Source: Gammaproteobacteria bacterium
Lineage (GTDB): Bacteria; Pseudomonadota; Gammaproteobacteria; Pseudomonadales; Halieaceae
Reading direction: 5' to 3'
NCBI GenBank assembly: GCA_003646405.1
Contig: QNFR01000002.1
Location: forward strand, 4,526-68,525
DNA length: 64,000 nt
The translations under genes and the position numbers were made by a program. Position 1 is the stretch's first letter. Every line of letters begins with the position of its first letter. Shown here in pieces: positions 54,927-64,000 of the stretch. The notes beneath the pieces are model-generated. The model was not told the origin of the DNA, did no database searches, and was given only the letters and a program-made list of their open reading frames with translations.

Positions 54927-55709
54927 ATGAACAGCGCACTTTCTCCACTCGCACTGCGCCAGAAGGTCCGCGCCGGCGAGCACACAGGCGACACCTCCGG
55001 CTTCGCACCCGGCTTCGTACAATGCAATATCGTGATCCTGAGCGCCGACTGGGCCAACGACTTCCTGCGCTTTTGCCAGCTCAACCCCAAACCCTGCCCA
55101 TTGATCGGGGCCGGCGAGCCCGGCAATCCGGCGCTACCACTTTTGGGGGATATGGACATCCGCACCGACGTGCCAAGCTACCGCGTTTTTCGCGACGGCG
55201 AAATGACAGAAGAAATACCCGATATCACCAACTTGTGGCGCGACGATCTGGTAACTTTCGCCCTGGGTTGCTCATTCTCCTTCGAGGAGGCGCTATTGGC
55301 CGACGGCCTGGAAGTGCGCAATGTTACCGCGGGCGTGAACGTCCCCATGTACCGCACCAACATCGACTGCACAAGCGCCGGGCCTTTTGTCGGCAAAATG
55401 GTGGTCAGTATGCGCCCCTTCAAGGCGGCCGACGCCATACGCGCGGTGCAGATATGCACACGCTTTCCCTCGGTACACGGGGCACCGGTGCACCTGGGTG
55501 ACCCCGGACTCATTGGCATCAGTGATCTGGCCCTGCCGGATTACGGCGATGCGGTTAGTATCGAAGAAGGTGAAATGCCCGTATTCTGGGCCTGTGGCGT
55601 AACCCCGCAGGTTGCCCTGGAAGCGGCCAGGCCACCCTTTGCCATTACCCATAGCCCCGGGTGTATGCTGGTGACGGATTTACGCAACAGCCAACTGGCT
55701 GTCATGTAA
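54927..55709 (+). CDS. DUF1445/UPF0317 putative hydro-lyase (D-glutamate-cyclase C-terminal-domain homolog)
   Basis: ATG follows AAGGA. Reads [46 protein letters not shown], typical of the UPF0317 family. Confidence 0.8.
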   Translation: MNSALSPLALRQKVRAGEHTGDTSGFAPGFVQCNIVILSADWANDFLRFCQLNPKPCPLIGAGEPGNPALPLLGDMDIRTDVPSYRVFRDGEMTEEIPDITNLWRDDLVTFALGCSFSFEEALLADGLEVRNVTAGVNVPMYRTNIDCTSAGPFVGKMVVSMRPFKAADAIRAVQICTRFPSVHGAPVHLGDPGLIGISDLALPDYGDAVSIEEGEMPVFWACGVTPQVALEAARPPFAITHSPGCMLVTDLRNSQLAVM

Positions 55710-55739
55710 GAACTATTTGAGTTGGCTCTAAGGAAAACT

Positions 55740-56471
55740 ATGTTACTCAACTGTGATCTGGGCGAGAGCTACGGCAGCTGGACCATGGGTCTGGACGCTG
55801 AGGTGATGCCCCATATCGACCAGGCCAATATCGCCTGTGGTTTCCACGGCGGCGACCCCCTGACCATACGCAAGACCCTGGCCCTGGCCGCCGAACACGG
55901 AGTGAATGTCGGCGCCCACCCCGCCTACCCCGACCTGGTCGGCTTCGGCCGTCGCCCCATGAACCTCAGCGCCGACGAAATCATCGCCAACCTGCACTAC
56001 CAGGTGGCTGCCCTGGAGGGTATGGCCAGCACTCAGGGACTGGCTCTGGACTACATCAAACCTCACGGCGCCTTGTATAACGACATGATGGCCAAGAGCG
56101 AAGTACGCGCCGCCATCATGCAGGCGGTGGCCAGTTATCACCGCCCACTGGCACTGATGTTACAGGCCACCCCGGAGACCGATAGTCACCGTACCGAAGC
56201 GGATAACTTTGGCGTGGGACTGATGTTCGAGGCCTTTGCTGATCGCTGCTACGACGACGACGGCAAGCTGCTGTCGCGAACCAAACCGGGCGCCGTCCAC
56301 GACCGGGAACATATGTTGGCACAGGTACACCAGTTACAGCGCGATAATACGATAACCACTGTGAGCGGCAATATCATTGAATTGCAGGCAGATACCCTCT
56401 GCGTGCACGGCGACAATCTCGAAGGGGTACAGGCCATACGGGCCATCCGCGCCCTGGTGGACGGGAGCTGA
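55740..56471 (+). CDS. pxpA: 5-oxoprolinase subunit A (LamB/YcsF family)
   Basis: MLLNCDLGESYG.W....D..VMP.I..ANIACGFHGGDP. Confidence 0.85.
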   Translation: MLLNCDLGESYGSWTMGLDAEVMPHIDQANIACGFHGGDPLTIRKTLALAAEHGVNVGAHPAYPDLVGFGRRPMNLSADEIIANLHYQVAALEGMASTQGLALDYIKPHGALYNDMMAKSEVRAAIMQAVASYHRPLALMLQATPETDSHRTEADNFGVGLMFEAFADRCYDDDGKLLSRTKPGAVHDREHMLAQVHQLQRDNTITTVSGNIIELQADTLCVHGDNLEGVQAIRAIRALVDGS

Positions 56472-56477
56472 AGCACC

Positions 56478-57158
56478 GTGGAACTTCATTCGGCCGGCGA
56501 AGATGCGATAATGTTGTATCTGGGGGAGGAAACCAGCCCCGAGGTATCCGCCCGCGTGCAGGCAGCGGCAGAGGCCATCAAACCGGCCCTTGGCGCGGAT
56601 CTGGTGGATCTGGTGCCATCTTACGCCTCACTGTTAATCATCTATGACGCCATGCACACAGATCACCTGAGTGTTGCCCATCGCGTGCGCACGGCCGTAG
56701 CTGCCTTGCAAACGAGATCCGGTACCGAGGGCCGTACCGTCGTGCTACCTGTGTACTACGCTGCCGAGGTAGGTGAAGATCTGGAGTCGCTGGCGCAGCG
56801 TGCAGGCCTGTCCACCGCGGAGGTCATCGCCCTGCACACAGGCACCGAGTACCGGGTTTACGCTATCGGCTTCGCCCCCGGTTTCGCCTATTTGGGACAG
56901 GTGGACGAACGCATCGCCGCACCGCGTCTGACCACGCCCAGGCAAAAAGTCCCCCGTGGCGCAGTGGCCATCGCCGATCGACAAACCGCCGTGTACCCGG
57001 CGGTGTCACCGGGAGGCTGGAACCTTATCGGCCGCTGCCCGGTGCGAATGTTCGACCCGGATACCGAACCCACCATGCCCGTCACAGTGGGCGACCGGGT
57101 ACGCTTCGAGCCGATCAGCCGTGAACGCTTTGTGGCGCTGGGAGGCGATCTGGCGTGA
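56478..57158 (+). CDS. pxpB: 5-oxoprolinase subunit B (KipI/allophanate hydrolase subunit 1 family)
   Basis: 226 aa. ..YRVYAIGFAPGFAYLG.. and ..GGWNLIGRCP motifs. Lies 6 nt after pxpA. Confidence 0.8.
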   Translation: MELHSAGEDAIMLYLGEETSPEVSARVQAAAEAIKPALGADLVDLVPSYASLLIIYDAMHTDHLSVAHRVRTAVAALQTRSGTEGRTVVLPVYYAAEVGEDLESLAQRAGLSTAEVIALHTGTEYRVYAIGFAPGFAYLGQVDERIAAPRLTTPRQKVPRGAVAIADRQTAVYPAVSPGGWNLIGRCPVRMFDPDTEPTMPVTVGDRVRFEPISRERFVALGGDLA

Positions 57159-58093
57159 GTTTCAAAATTGTACAACCGGGCATACTGAGTATGCTGCAGG
57201 ATAGCGGCAGGCGAGGCCGACAGCACATCGGGCTCACCAACGGTGGCCCCTTGGATCGCGAAGCTTTTTACTACTGCAACCGCTTGCTCGGCAACCCCGA
57301 AGGCAGCACCACCATTGAGGTCAGTTTTGGAGGCATGACGCTGCAAGCAGAGAACGATACATTTATTTGCGTTACCGGCGCCGACATGCCCTTGCGTATC
57401 AATGGCGAAGAACAGCCGCTATGGACAGTACTTGCGGTTGCGGCCGGAGACACCATCAGCCTGGATTTTGCCGAGAATGGCTGCCGCTCCTATCTGGGTG
57501 TGGCCGACGGATTTACTGTGCAGCCCAGTTTTGGCAGCACCGCCACCGTAATGCGAGAGAACATCGGCGGTTTACGCGGCGACAAACTGCACGCCGGCGA
57601 TCATCTGCCCTGCGCTGTAGTGCGCAAACGCAGGCGCTACCGCCTCGCCGCCGAGCAGCGGCCCCACTACCAGGATAGGATAACAGTGCGTGTCATCCCC
57701 GGTTACCAACAGCACCACTTCAGTCGTCTGCAACAGCGTCGTTTTTTTAGCCACGCCTACACAGTGTCCGATCGCTGCGATCGTATGGGCTACCGCCTGG
57801 AGGGTCCGGCTATCAAATGTGCGATCGAGGGTATCCTGTCAGAGGGTATCTGCTTTGGCGCCATTCAGGTGCCCGCCGATGGCCAGCCCATAGTCCTGTT
57901 GAATGATCGCCAGACCATCGGCGGTTATCCAAAAATTGGCTCGGCCCTGTCGCTGGATGCGTCGCGACTGGCGCAACTGCGGCCCGGTGGCACGGTACAT
58001 TTTGCCCCCATCACCCCCCACGGAGCACACAACGCCCTGCACCTGGCTCAGAGCTTTGCCCGTCGCCAACCCCTTTGGGAGCACCGGCCATGA
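57155..58093 (+). CDS. pxpC: 5-oxoprolinase subunit C (KipA/allophanate hydrolase subunit 2 family)
   Basis: 312 aa. ..QD.GR.G....G....GP.D, QTIGGYPKIG. 4-nt overlap with pxpB. Confidence 0.8.
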   Translation: MSFKIVQPGILSMLQDSGRRGRQHIGLTNGGPLDREAFYYCNRLLGNPEGSTTIEVSFGGMTLQAENDTFICVTGADMPLRINGEEQPLWTVLAVAAGDTISLDFAENGCRSYLGVADGFTVQPSFGSTATVMRENIGGLRGDKLHAGDHLPCAVVRKRRRYRLAAEQRPHYQDRITVRVIPGYQQHHFSRLQQRRFFSHAYTVSDRCDRMGYRLEGPAIKCAIEGILSEGICFGAIQVPADGQPIVLLNDRQTIGGYPKIGSALSLDASRLAQLRPGGTVHFAPITPHGAHNALHLAQSFARRQPLWEHRP

Positions 58094-58932
58094 ATGAACT
58101 CGAACTCAGTGTGGCCATTGAGGAAGTGCTGGTGGCACGCAACCCGCGGCACATGCGGGTGGCACGGGCCGCACTGGAGCCCGGCTATTATCTGCGCGGC
58201 GCGCGTCACCTGCACAATATTCAGGGCAATGTCATCATCGGCACCGGTTTTCCGGTGACTGCCACTTTCGAAACTGATGGCCCGGTGGGCGCCATCGCCC
58301 TGTATGACACACTGGAAGCGTTGGGGTCCCGGCCAATACTGGCCTGCGGCCCTCCCCTGTCCCGCGCACTGACCGATGATTATCGCGTACTGGAACTAAC
58401 CGCACGTAATCTTGAGGCCGCACAGCAAGAAGCGAACGAGCAACTGCTGGCATTCCAGCCCAGCGCCATTGTCTCTATTGAACGCCCGGGTCTGGCCGCC
58501 GACGGCCGCTACTACAATATGCGCGGCGAAGACATTACCGAGCGCTGTGCCTTCTTTGATCCTTTTATCGACAGCGCCGACTGCCCCACCATTGCCGTGG
58601 GTGACGGTGGTAACGAGATCGGTATGGGTAATATCAACAGGGCCATCGCCGACCTGGATATCAACCCCTCGGTCACCTGCTGTGACGAGTTGCTGGTGGC
58701 GGATGTATCCAATTGGGGAGCCTATGGCCTGATCGCTATCATCGCCAGTTGGACCGGGCTGGATCTGCTGGCGCAAATATCACCGGTTGAAATTCTGGAC
58801 TACCTCTCGGCCCGAGGCAGCGTCGACGGGGTCACCCGGGAAAACACCCTCACCGAGGATGGCCTGGAAGCGGAGGAAGGTTTGCGGGTTATCCAGGAGT
58901 TACGCGCATTGTCGGGATTTCTGGACGAGTGA
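58090..58932 (+). CDS. DUF4392 protein (D-glutamate-cyclase N-terminal-domain homolog)
   Basis: The ATG overlaps the pxpC stop (ATGA). Reads TGFPV....ETDGPVGA..L and GDGGNEIGMGN, as in DUF4392 proteins. Confidence 0.7.
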   Translation: MNELELSVAIEEVLVARNPRHMRVARAALEPGYYLRGARHLHNIQGNVIIGTGFPVTATFETDGPVGAIALYDTLEALGSRPILACGPPLSRALTDDYRVLELTARNLEAAQQEANEQLLAFQPSAIVSIERPGLAADGRYYNMRGEDITERCAFFDPFIDSADCPTIAVGDGGNEIGMGNINRAIADLDINPSVTCCDELLVADVSNWGAYGLIAIIASWTGLDLLAQISPVEILDYLSARGSVDGVTRENTLTEDGLEAEEGLRVIQELRALSGFLDE

Positions 58933-58978
58933 TTTTTTTGTAGTTTGTACTATCAATTTCTAACAAGGGGTGTAAACA

Positions 58979-59836
58979 ATGAGCATTGTATATTTAAACG
59001 GCGATTATATGCCAATGGAAGAAGCGCGTATTTCACCGATGGATCGCGGCTTCCTGTTTGGTGACGGTATCTATGAGGTGGTCCCCTCCTACGATGGCAA
59101 ACTGGTGGGCTTCGCCCCACATATGAAGCGTATGCAGGTCGGCCTGGATGCAATTGAGATCCAGCTGCACGTGGATCATCAGGCGTGGCGCTATATCACC
59201 AACGAACTGATAGAACGCAATGGCGGAGGCGATCTCGGTATTTATTTCCACATTAGCCGCGGTGCCGATACCAAGCGTCACCACGCCTACCCTGAAAGCA
59301 TAGCGCCCACGATTTATGCCTTCGCCTTCGAGATCCCCCCGGCACCGATACCCCGAAAGGACGCGGCAACCCCCTATACCGTGGCCACCGAAGAAGACCT
59401 GCGCTGGAAACGTTGCAATATAAAGTCCACCGCACTGCTCGGCAACGTAATGCACTATCAGCACGGTCATTCCCAGGGCCACAACGAGACTCTGCTTTAC
59501 AACCAGGATGGCGAACTCACCGAAGCCGCGGCCTGCAATGTCTATGTGATCAAAAATGGCATCGTCGCCACCCCCCTGCTGGATTACCAGAAACTCCCCG
59601 GCATTACCCGCCTTATGCTACTGGAAATCCTGCGTAAAGACGGCAGCATCGCCGTACAGGAACGGGTCGTCACCATGAAGGAACTGGAAAATGCCGACGA
59701 GGTGTGGATATCCAGCTCCAGCAAGGAAATTGCACCGGTCATCGAAATCGATGGCAAGCCAGTGGCAGACGGCTCGATCGGCGACGTATGGCTGGCAGCC
59801 CAGACCCTGTACTCCGCACACAAGTTCGATTTCTGA
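58979..59836 (+). CDS. dat: class IV (D-amino-acid) aminotransferase
   Basis: 285 aa. DRGFLFGDGIYEV, catalytic-Lys region RCNIKSTALL. D-amino-acid versus branched-chain specificity cannot be determined by eye. Confidence 0.7.
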   Translation: MSIVYLNGDYMPMEEARISPMDRGFLFGDGIYEVVPSYDGKLVGFAPHMKRMQVGLDAIEIQLHVDHQAWRYITNELIERNGGGDLGIYFHISRGADTKRHHAYPESIAPTIYAFAFEIPPAPIPRKDAATPYTVATEEDLRWKRCNIKSTALLGNVMHYQHGHSQGHNETLLYNQDGELTEAAACNVYVIKNGIVATPLLDYQKLPGITRLMLLEILRKDGSIAVQERVVTMKELENADEVWISSSSKEIAPVIEIDGKPVADGSIGDVWLAAQTLYSAHKFDF

Positions 59837-60921
59837 TGGCCAGACCCAACCAGGCCAGGCTGGATCTGGGCGCGCTGCGGCATAACCTCAGCGTGGCTCG
59901 AAAACTGGCACCCAACTCCAAAGTCTTGGCGGTGGTCAAAGCCAACGGCTACGGCCACGGTGCGGTCATCATCGCCCGGCAATTGGAAGCCCTGGCAGAC
60001 GCATTGGCGGTAGCCAGTATCGAGGAAGCGGTAGAGCTGCGTGATGCCGGCATCAGCGCCCCCATTCTGCTACTGGAAGGTGTATTCGAGGCAGAGGAGT
60101 TAGGCACCGCCGCACAACTGGGCTTCTGGATAACCATAGATAATGAGTGGCAACTGCGTTGGCTGGAGGAGGCGGTGCTGCCCGAGCCGGTACACTGCTG
60201 GCTCAAGGTGGACACGGGTATGCACCGGTTAGGTATAGCCCCTGGTCGGGCACAAGAATTTTACCAGCGTCTGAAGGCGACTGATAACGCCCTGGATGAC
60301 CTGGTGATATATACCCATTTCGCCTCGGCGGATGACCTGCAAAGTAGCCAGACCAAAGAGCAGCTTGAACTATTCGATGCGCTGTGCAAGCCGTTACCAG
60401 CGCAACTTAGCGCCGCCAACTCATCCGGGCTGCTGGCCTGGCCCGACGCCTGTTACGACTGGGTGCGCCCCGGTTACATGTTGTATGGCAATTCACCCCT
60501 GATCGAGGCGCATCCCAATGCGACAGCATTGCAGCCGGTGATGACCCTTACCTCGGCGGTAATTTCCCTGCGTGATGTGCCTGCCGGCGAAGCCGTGGGC
60601 TACGGTGCCAGCTGGATTGCCCGACGTCCATCACGCATAGCGACGGTAACGATCGGCTATGGCGATGGCTATCCACGCCTTGCGGCCAACGACACCCCGG
60701 TACTGATCAACGGCCAGCGCGCCAGTCTGGCGGGGCGGGTATCCATGGACATGATCACGGTGGATGTTACCGATTTGCCGGATGTACATGTGGGCGATGA
60801 GGTGGTGCTGTGGGGCAGAGGCTTACCCATGGCCGAGATCGCGCGCCACGCAGGCACTATCGGCTATGAGCTCACAACACGAATGCCGGCGCGCACACCC
60901 AGAGTCGTTATCATCGCATAG
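59836..60921 (+). CDS. alr: alanine racemase
   Basis: The ATG overlaps the dat stop (TGATG). PLP-Lys motif AVVKANGYGHG, ..SMDMITVD... 361 aa. Confidence 0.9.
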   Translation: MARPNQARLDLGALRHNLSVARKLAPNSKVLAVVKANGYGHGAVIIARQLEALADALAVASIEEAVELRDAGISAPILLLEGVFEAEELGTAAQLGFWITIDNEWQLRWLEEAVLPEPVHCWLKVDTGMHRLGIAPGRAQEFYQRLKATDNALDDLVIYTHFASADDLQSSQTKEQLELFDALCKPLPAQLSAANSSGLLAWPDACYDWVRPGYMLYGNSPLIEAHPNATALQPVMTLTSAVISLRDVPAGEAVGYGASWIARRPSRIATVTIGYGDGYPRLAANDTPVLINGQRASLAGRVSMDMITVDVTDLPDVHVGDEVVLWGRGLPMAEIARHAGTIGYELTTRMPARTPRVVIIA

Positions 60922-61197
60922 GGTTTCGATAAGGCCTTTCCATTCCAAATCTGGCTCTTGCGTGCCATGGCGGCCAGGCAATTTTGGGCGTTGTATCTGT
61001 CACATGAAATACAAGCTAATAAAAATGGCTGCTTGGCGAATACTAGATGTAGCGCAAACCCAATACACACTTCATTTATAAATTATAAAAAAACTGATGA
61101 TCACAGCGACCATAAGTTTTTTATATTGATTAGTGGAGAGAAGTTAGCCCGCAAGAAGAGGCTGGTGAAGCAGGGTTTCCTGGCCCACTAAAATCGC

Positions 61198-61232
61198 AAA
61201 AAAAAATGGCCGCCAGGAAATCTGGCGGCCAT
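61198..61232 (-). terminator. rho-independent terminator of the OmpA-family gene
   Basis: The minus strand reads ATGGCCGCCAG-ATTTC-CTGGCGGCCAT followed by T9, 13 nt after the stop codon. Confidence 0.75.
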
Positions 61233-61244
61233 TTACAGAGCCGA

Positions 61245-62333
61245 TTACTTGATTGGCTGTGAGCCACCAACATGGATATCGACACGACGGTTCAGTGCCT
61301 GACCTTCGCTGGTGCTGTTGTCGGCGACCGGATTACGCTCTCCTTCACCGCTGGCATCGATGATGCCGGCATCAATGCCTTCGCTGACCATATACTCCTT
61401 CACCGCATTTGCGCGTCGCTCGGACAAGCCCTGGTTATACTCCTCGGACCCGACACTATCCGTATGGCCGATAACATTGATATCGACTACCTTGACGCCC
61501 TTGGTCTTGATGTACTCATCCAGGGTATGCAATTCCACCTTGCCCTGCTCATGAAGAACAGATTTGTCAAACTCAAACAGGGCCGTTGCCGACACTGAGT
61601 GCTTTTCATACTGGATTGGCGCCAGCAATATTTCCGTCACGTAGTTGGCCATGGCACTGGAACTCGAGATATCGCTGGCATTCACAGAATTACCACAATT
61701 GCCAACGCCGGTTATACTCGCAGTGACCGCAGCGGCGTTTTTGGCATTGCCTACCTGGACCGTGTGCAGACACAAATTGTCTCCGTGCTGTGCCTTCAAT
61801 TCTTTGACGGCACTCATCACAGATACGGAATTGATCTCCCAGAAGTCGCTGACGATAATGACCGCAACAGCCCCGGATTGTCCACTGAGGGCCCCTGTCG
61901 CATCCTTGACGCCCTTGTTCATCGGTGTAGTGCCACCGGCTTTCTCTATCGAGTTCAGGCTCGATGCGAAGTCAGCACTCTTGTAGGGGGTGACACCGTA
62001 GATCACACTGGCTTTGCCCTTACCGAAAGACCAGCCAGAACTCTTACCGAACGTCACCAGGCCCGCCGAATAGTTCAGTGGGGGAACGGTTTTGTTGAAA
62101 TTGGCGACAAGATTTTTAGCGGCAAGGAACTTCGTTCCGCCCTGACCTGAGTCCTTCATGGACGATGAAACGTCCAGAATCACCACGAATGAATCAACTT
62201 TGGGAGCATAGGGCGTTATATCTATGGCTGTCGGCTGAAACGACGCCGGGGCGGCGGGAGGTTTGCCAGCACAACCAGCCAGCAGGCCAATTGAAAGAAT
62301 CGCTAAAAGGGTGGAAAAGGGTTGTTTAAACAT
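61245..62333 (-). CDS. lipoprotein with vWA domain and C-terminal OmpA/peptidoglycan-binding domain
   Basis: Lipobox LLAGC. MIDAS-like DVSSSM. OmpA motif GHTDSVGSEEYNQGLSERRA. Confidence 0.85.
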   Translation of the reverse strand: MFKQPFSTLLAILSIGLLAGCAGKPPAAPASFQPTAIDITPYAPKVDSFVVILDVSSSMKDSGQGGTKFLAAKNLVANFNKTVPPLNYSAGLVTFGKSSGWSFGKGKASVIYGVTPYKSADFASSLNSIEKAGGTTPMNKGVKDATGALSGQSGAVAVIIVSDFWEINSVSVMSAVKELKAQHGDNLCLHTVQVGNAKNAAAVTASITGVGNCGNSVNASDISSSSAMANYVTEILLAPIQYEKHSVSATALFEFDKSVLHEQGKVELHTLDEYIKTKGVKVVDINVIGHTDSVGSEEYNQGLSERRANAVKEYMVSEGIDAGIIDASGEGERNPVADNSTSEGQALNRRVDIHVGGSQPIK

Positions 62334-62550
62334 GCTGCTCTCCTACTATCCATATAGAATGTGATTTCCCAAGCGCATCGCGCGCCGACACGCAATCCTG
62401 ACACCTGCGTGATGAACCACAGACGAATGCAGGCAACCCCTGCAATATGCGAGCGGGCATTAGAGCATATATGCGGGGATGAAGCAATATTGCTTGTCTA
62501 CGGCGCGACCAAAGGCTGGCGGTGTGCGCCATTCATCAGAATCCATTATC

Positions 62551-64000
62551 ATGGGCATTCAAGGCAATAAAATACGGAATGAACACACCTTGGAGCAGGA
62601 CACGCAAGAACCCCTCCCCGATGGCGCCCAATTGGCGGCTATCGATCTCGGCAGTAATTCCTTTCACCTCATCATCGCCAAGATAGAACACGGTGAAATG
62701 CGCCCGGTGGACGTGCTGGCGGAAAAAGTTCAACTGGGGGCGGGGCTGGAGCATGGCCAGCTGTCAGATGAGGCGATCCAGCGCGGCCTGGACTGCCTGT
62801 CGCGCTTTGCCCAGTTGCTGGAGAGCGTCGAGCCCGAGAGAGTACGGGTCGTGGGCACCAATGCCCTGCGCGTAGCCAAGAATCGTCGCGCCTTCACCAA
62901 ACGGGCAGGGCGTATTCTGGGTACAAAAGTCGATGTCATCTACGGTCGCGAGGAAGCCCGGCTGGTCTACCTGGGGGTAGCCCACTCCCTGGCCGACGAC
63001 GCCCAGTCGCGCCTGGTCATCGACATCGGTGGCGGCAGTACCGAGTTCATCATCGGGGAGCGCTTTGAACCCCAACGGCTGGAGAGCCTGCAAATGGGCT
63101 GCGTCTCCTACGGCAGAACCTATTTCCCCAAGGGAAAAATCAGCAAGGACAGCTACCGCAACACTTATGACCGGGCGCGGGTACAGGCTTTTCACATTCG
63201 CCACAAATACAACGCGAACCACTGGGAGGAATGTGTCGGTTCATCGGGCACCCTACAGGCTATCGAGACCATCCTCACCCAGAACGGCTGGAGCGAAGGG
63301 GGCATCGATCGCAAGGGGCTGGCCAAACTGGAAAAAAAACTGCTCAAATTCAAGACCATGAACGATATAGAGCTGGACGGTCTGGCCGCTCCGCGGCGCA
63401 GCGTTATCCTGCCCGGCGTGGCCATTACCAGCGCCCTGTTCGATGTGCTTGGCATAGAGCACATGCGCACCTCCAAGGGTGCCCTGCGTGAAGGGGTCAT
63501 CTACGACCTGATGGGGCGGCTCAGCCACGAGGATGTACGCGAGCGCACCGTGAACGCCCTGGTGCAGCGTTACTCGGTAGACACAGAGACAGCGGATCTG
63601 GTCGAGCGTAGAGCGCGCACTTTCTTTACCGCTTCCCGGATGAACTGGCAGCTGACCACCCACGACTGGGAATTGCTGCGCTGGGCGGCCCGCACCCATG
63701 AAATTGGCATGGCCATTTCACACAAGCATTTCAATCGTCATTCAGCCTACGTGCTGCGCAATGCGGACCTGCCGGGCTTTTCCCAGGAAGAACAGGAACA
63801 ACTGGCGGTACTAGCCCTGGGACATCGCGGCAAACTGAGCGCCGACCTGCTGGCGGACATCGCCGATTCAGATCATGTGCGAATGCACCATCTACTGGGT
63901 ATCATGCGCCTGGCCGCCTGTTTTAAATATGTAGAAAAGCTGACCCAACTGCCTGAGTTTTCCATTCTGGCCAGCGAGCAATCCCTGACCCTGGATTTCC
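62551..64000 (+). CDS. ppx: exopolyphosphatase / guanosine pentaphosphate phosphohydrolase family, 3' end beyond window
   Basis: The frame is open from ATG 62551 to the window end, so it is absent from the ORF track. Reads AAIDLGSNSFHL, VVGTNALR, IDIGGGSTE, and the HD-type C-terminal domain (HEIGMAISH). Confidence 0.85.
   Translation, partial: MGIQGNKIRNEHTLEQDTQEPLPDGAQLAAIDLGSNSFHLIIAKIEHGEMRPVDVLAEKVQLGAGLEHGQLSDEAIQRGLDCLSRFAQLLESVEPERVRVVGTNALRVAKNRRAFTKRAGRILGTKVDVIYGREEARLVYLGVAHSLADDAQSRLVIDIGGGSTEFIIGERFEPQRLESLQMGCVSYGRTYFPKGKISKDSYRNTYDRARVQAFHIRHKYNANHWEECVGSSGTLQAIETILTQNGWSEGGIDRKGLAKLEKKLLKFKTMNDIELDGLAAPRRSVILPGVAITSALFDVLGIEHMRTSKGALREGVIYDLMGRLSHEDVRERTVNALVQRYSVDTETADLVERRARTFFTASRMNWQLTTHDWELLRWAARTHEIGMAISHKHFNRHSAYVLRNADLPGFSQEEQEQLAVLALGHRGKLSADLLADIADSDHVRMHHLLGIMRLAACFKYVEKLTQLPEFSILASEQSLTLDF

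Noticed and set aside
60958-61191. 77-aa ORF, and a 25-codon ORF, in the alr/OmpA intergenic region.
   Set aside because: AT-rich, no RBS, no recognisable domain. More likely non-coding spacer or promoter DNA.

Overview
This 64-kb window looks like a gammaproteobacterial chromosome. GC seems moderately high by eye but was not computed, and no finer taxonomic placement is supported. The backbone is ordinary housekeeping and lipid/acyl-CoA metabolism: phaC, ubiX, trhO, a bolA-family gene, pepA-holC-valS, two cold-shock genes, rapA, tatD-family, acyl-CoA dehydrogenase/ligase/thioesterase genes, an RND pump, an OmpA lipoprotein and ppx. I saw no transposase, integrase, phage gene, CRISPR array, rRNA or tRNA. 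Three things stand out. (1) nt ~3.0-9.8 kb holds a heavily eroded dmp-type phenol hydroxylase / catechol meta-cleavage cluster in the order dmpR'-Po-dmpK-L*-M-N'-(O lost)-P*-Q-B', with an inverted dmpC'-'dmpE chimera nearby. It carries two in-frame TAG codons, at least three frameshifts and several large deletions. Similar stubs occur elsewhere: an acyl-CoA dehydrogenase N-end/C-end stub, an SDR tail, a frameshifted RND adaptor and a shortened DsbA-like isomerase. Together they suggest a high load of gene decay. (2) A tightly coupled 7-gene operon at 54.9-60.9 kb places the two halves of a D-glutamate-cyclase-type enzyme (DUF1445 and DUF4392) on either side of 5-oxoprolinase pxpABC. A D-amino-acid aminotransferase and alanine racemase follow. 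This is my best candidate for an uncharacterised functional module. (3) There are small non-coding signals. These are a three-hairpin candidate sRNA ending in a strong intrinsic terminator, a 28-nt near-identical repeat 30 kb apart with a degenerate third copy at a similar distance upstream of a start codon, and a perfect 11-bp-stem palindrome across a start codon. All family assignments come from motif recognition by eye and need database confirmation.
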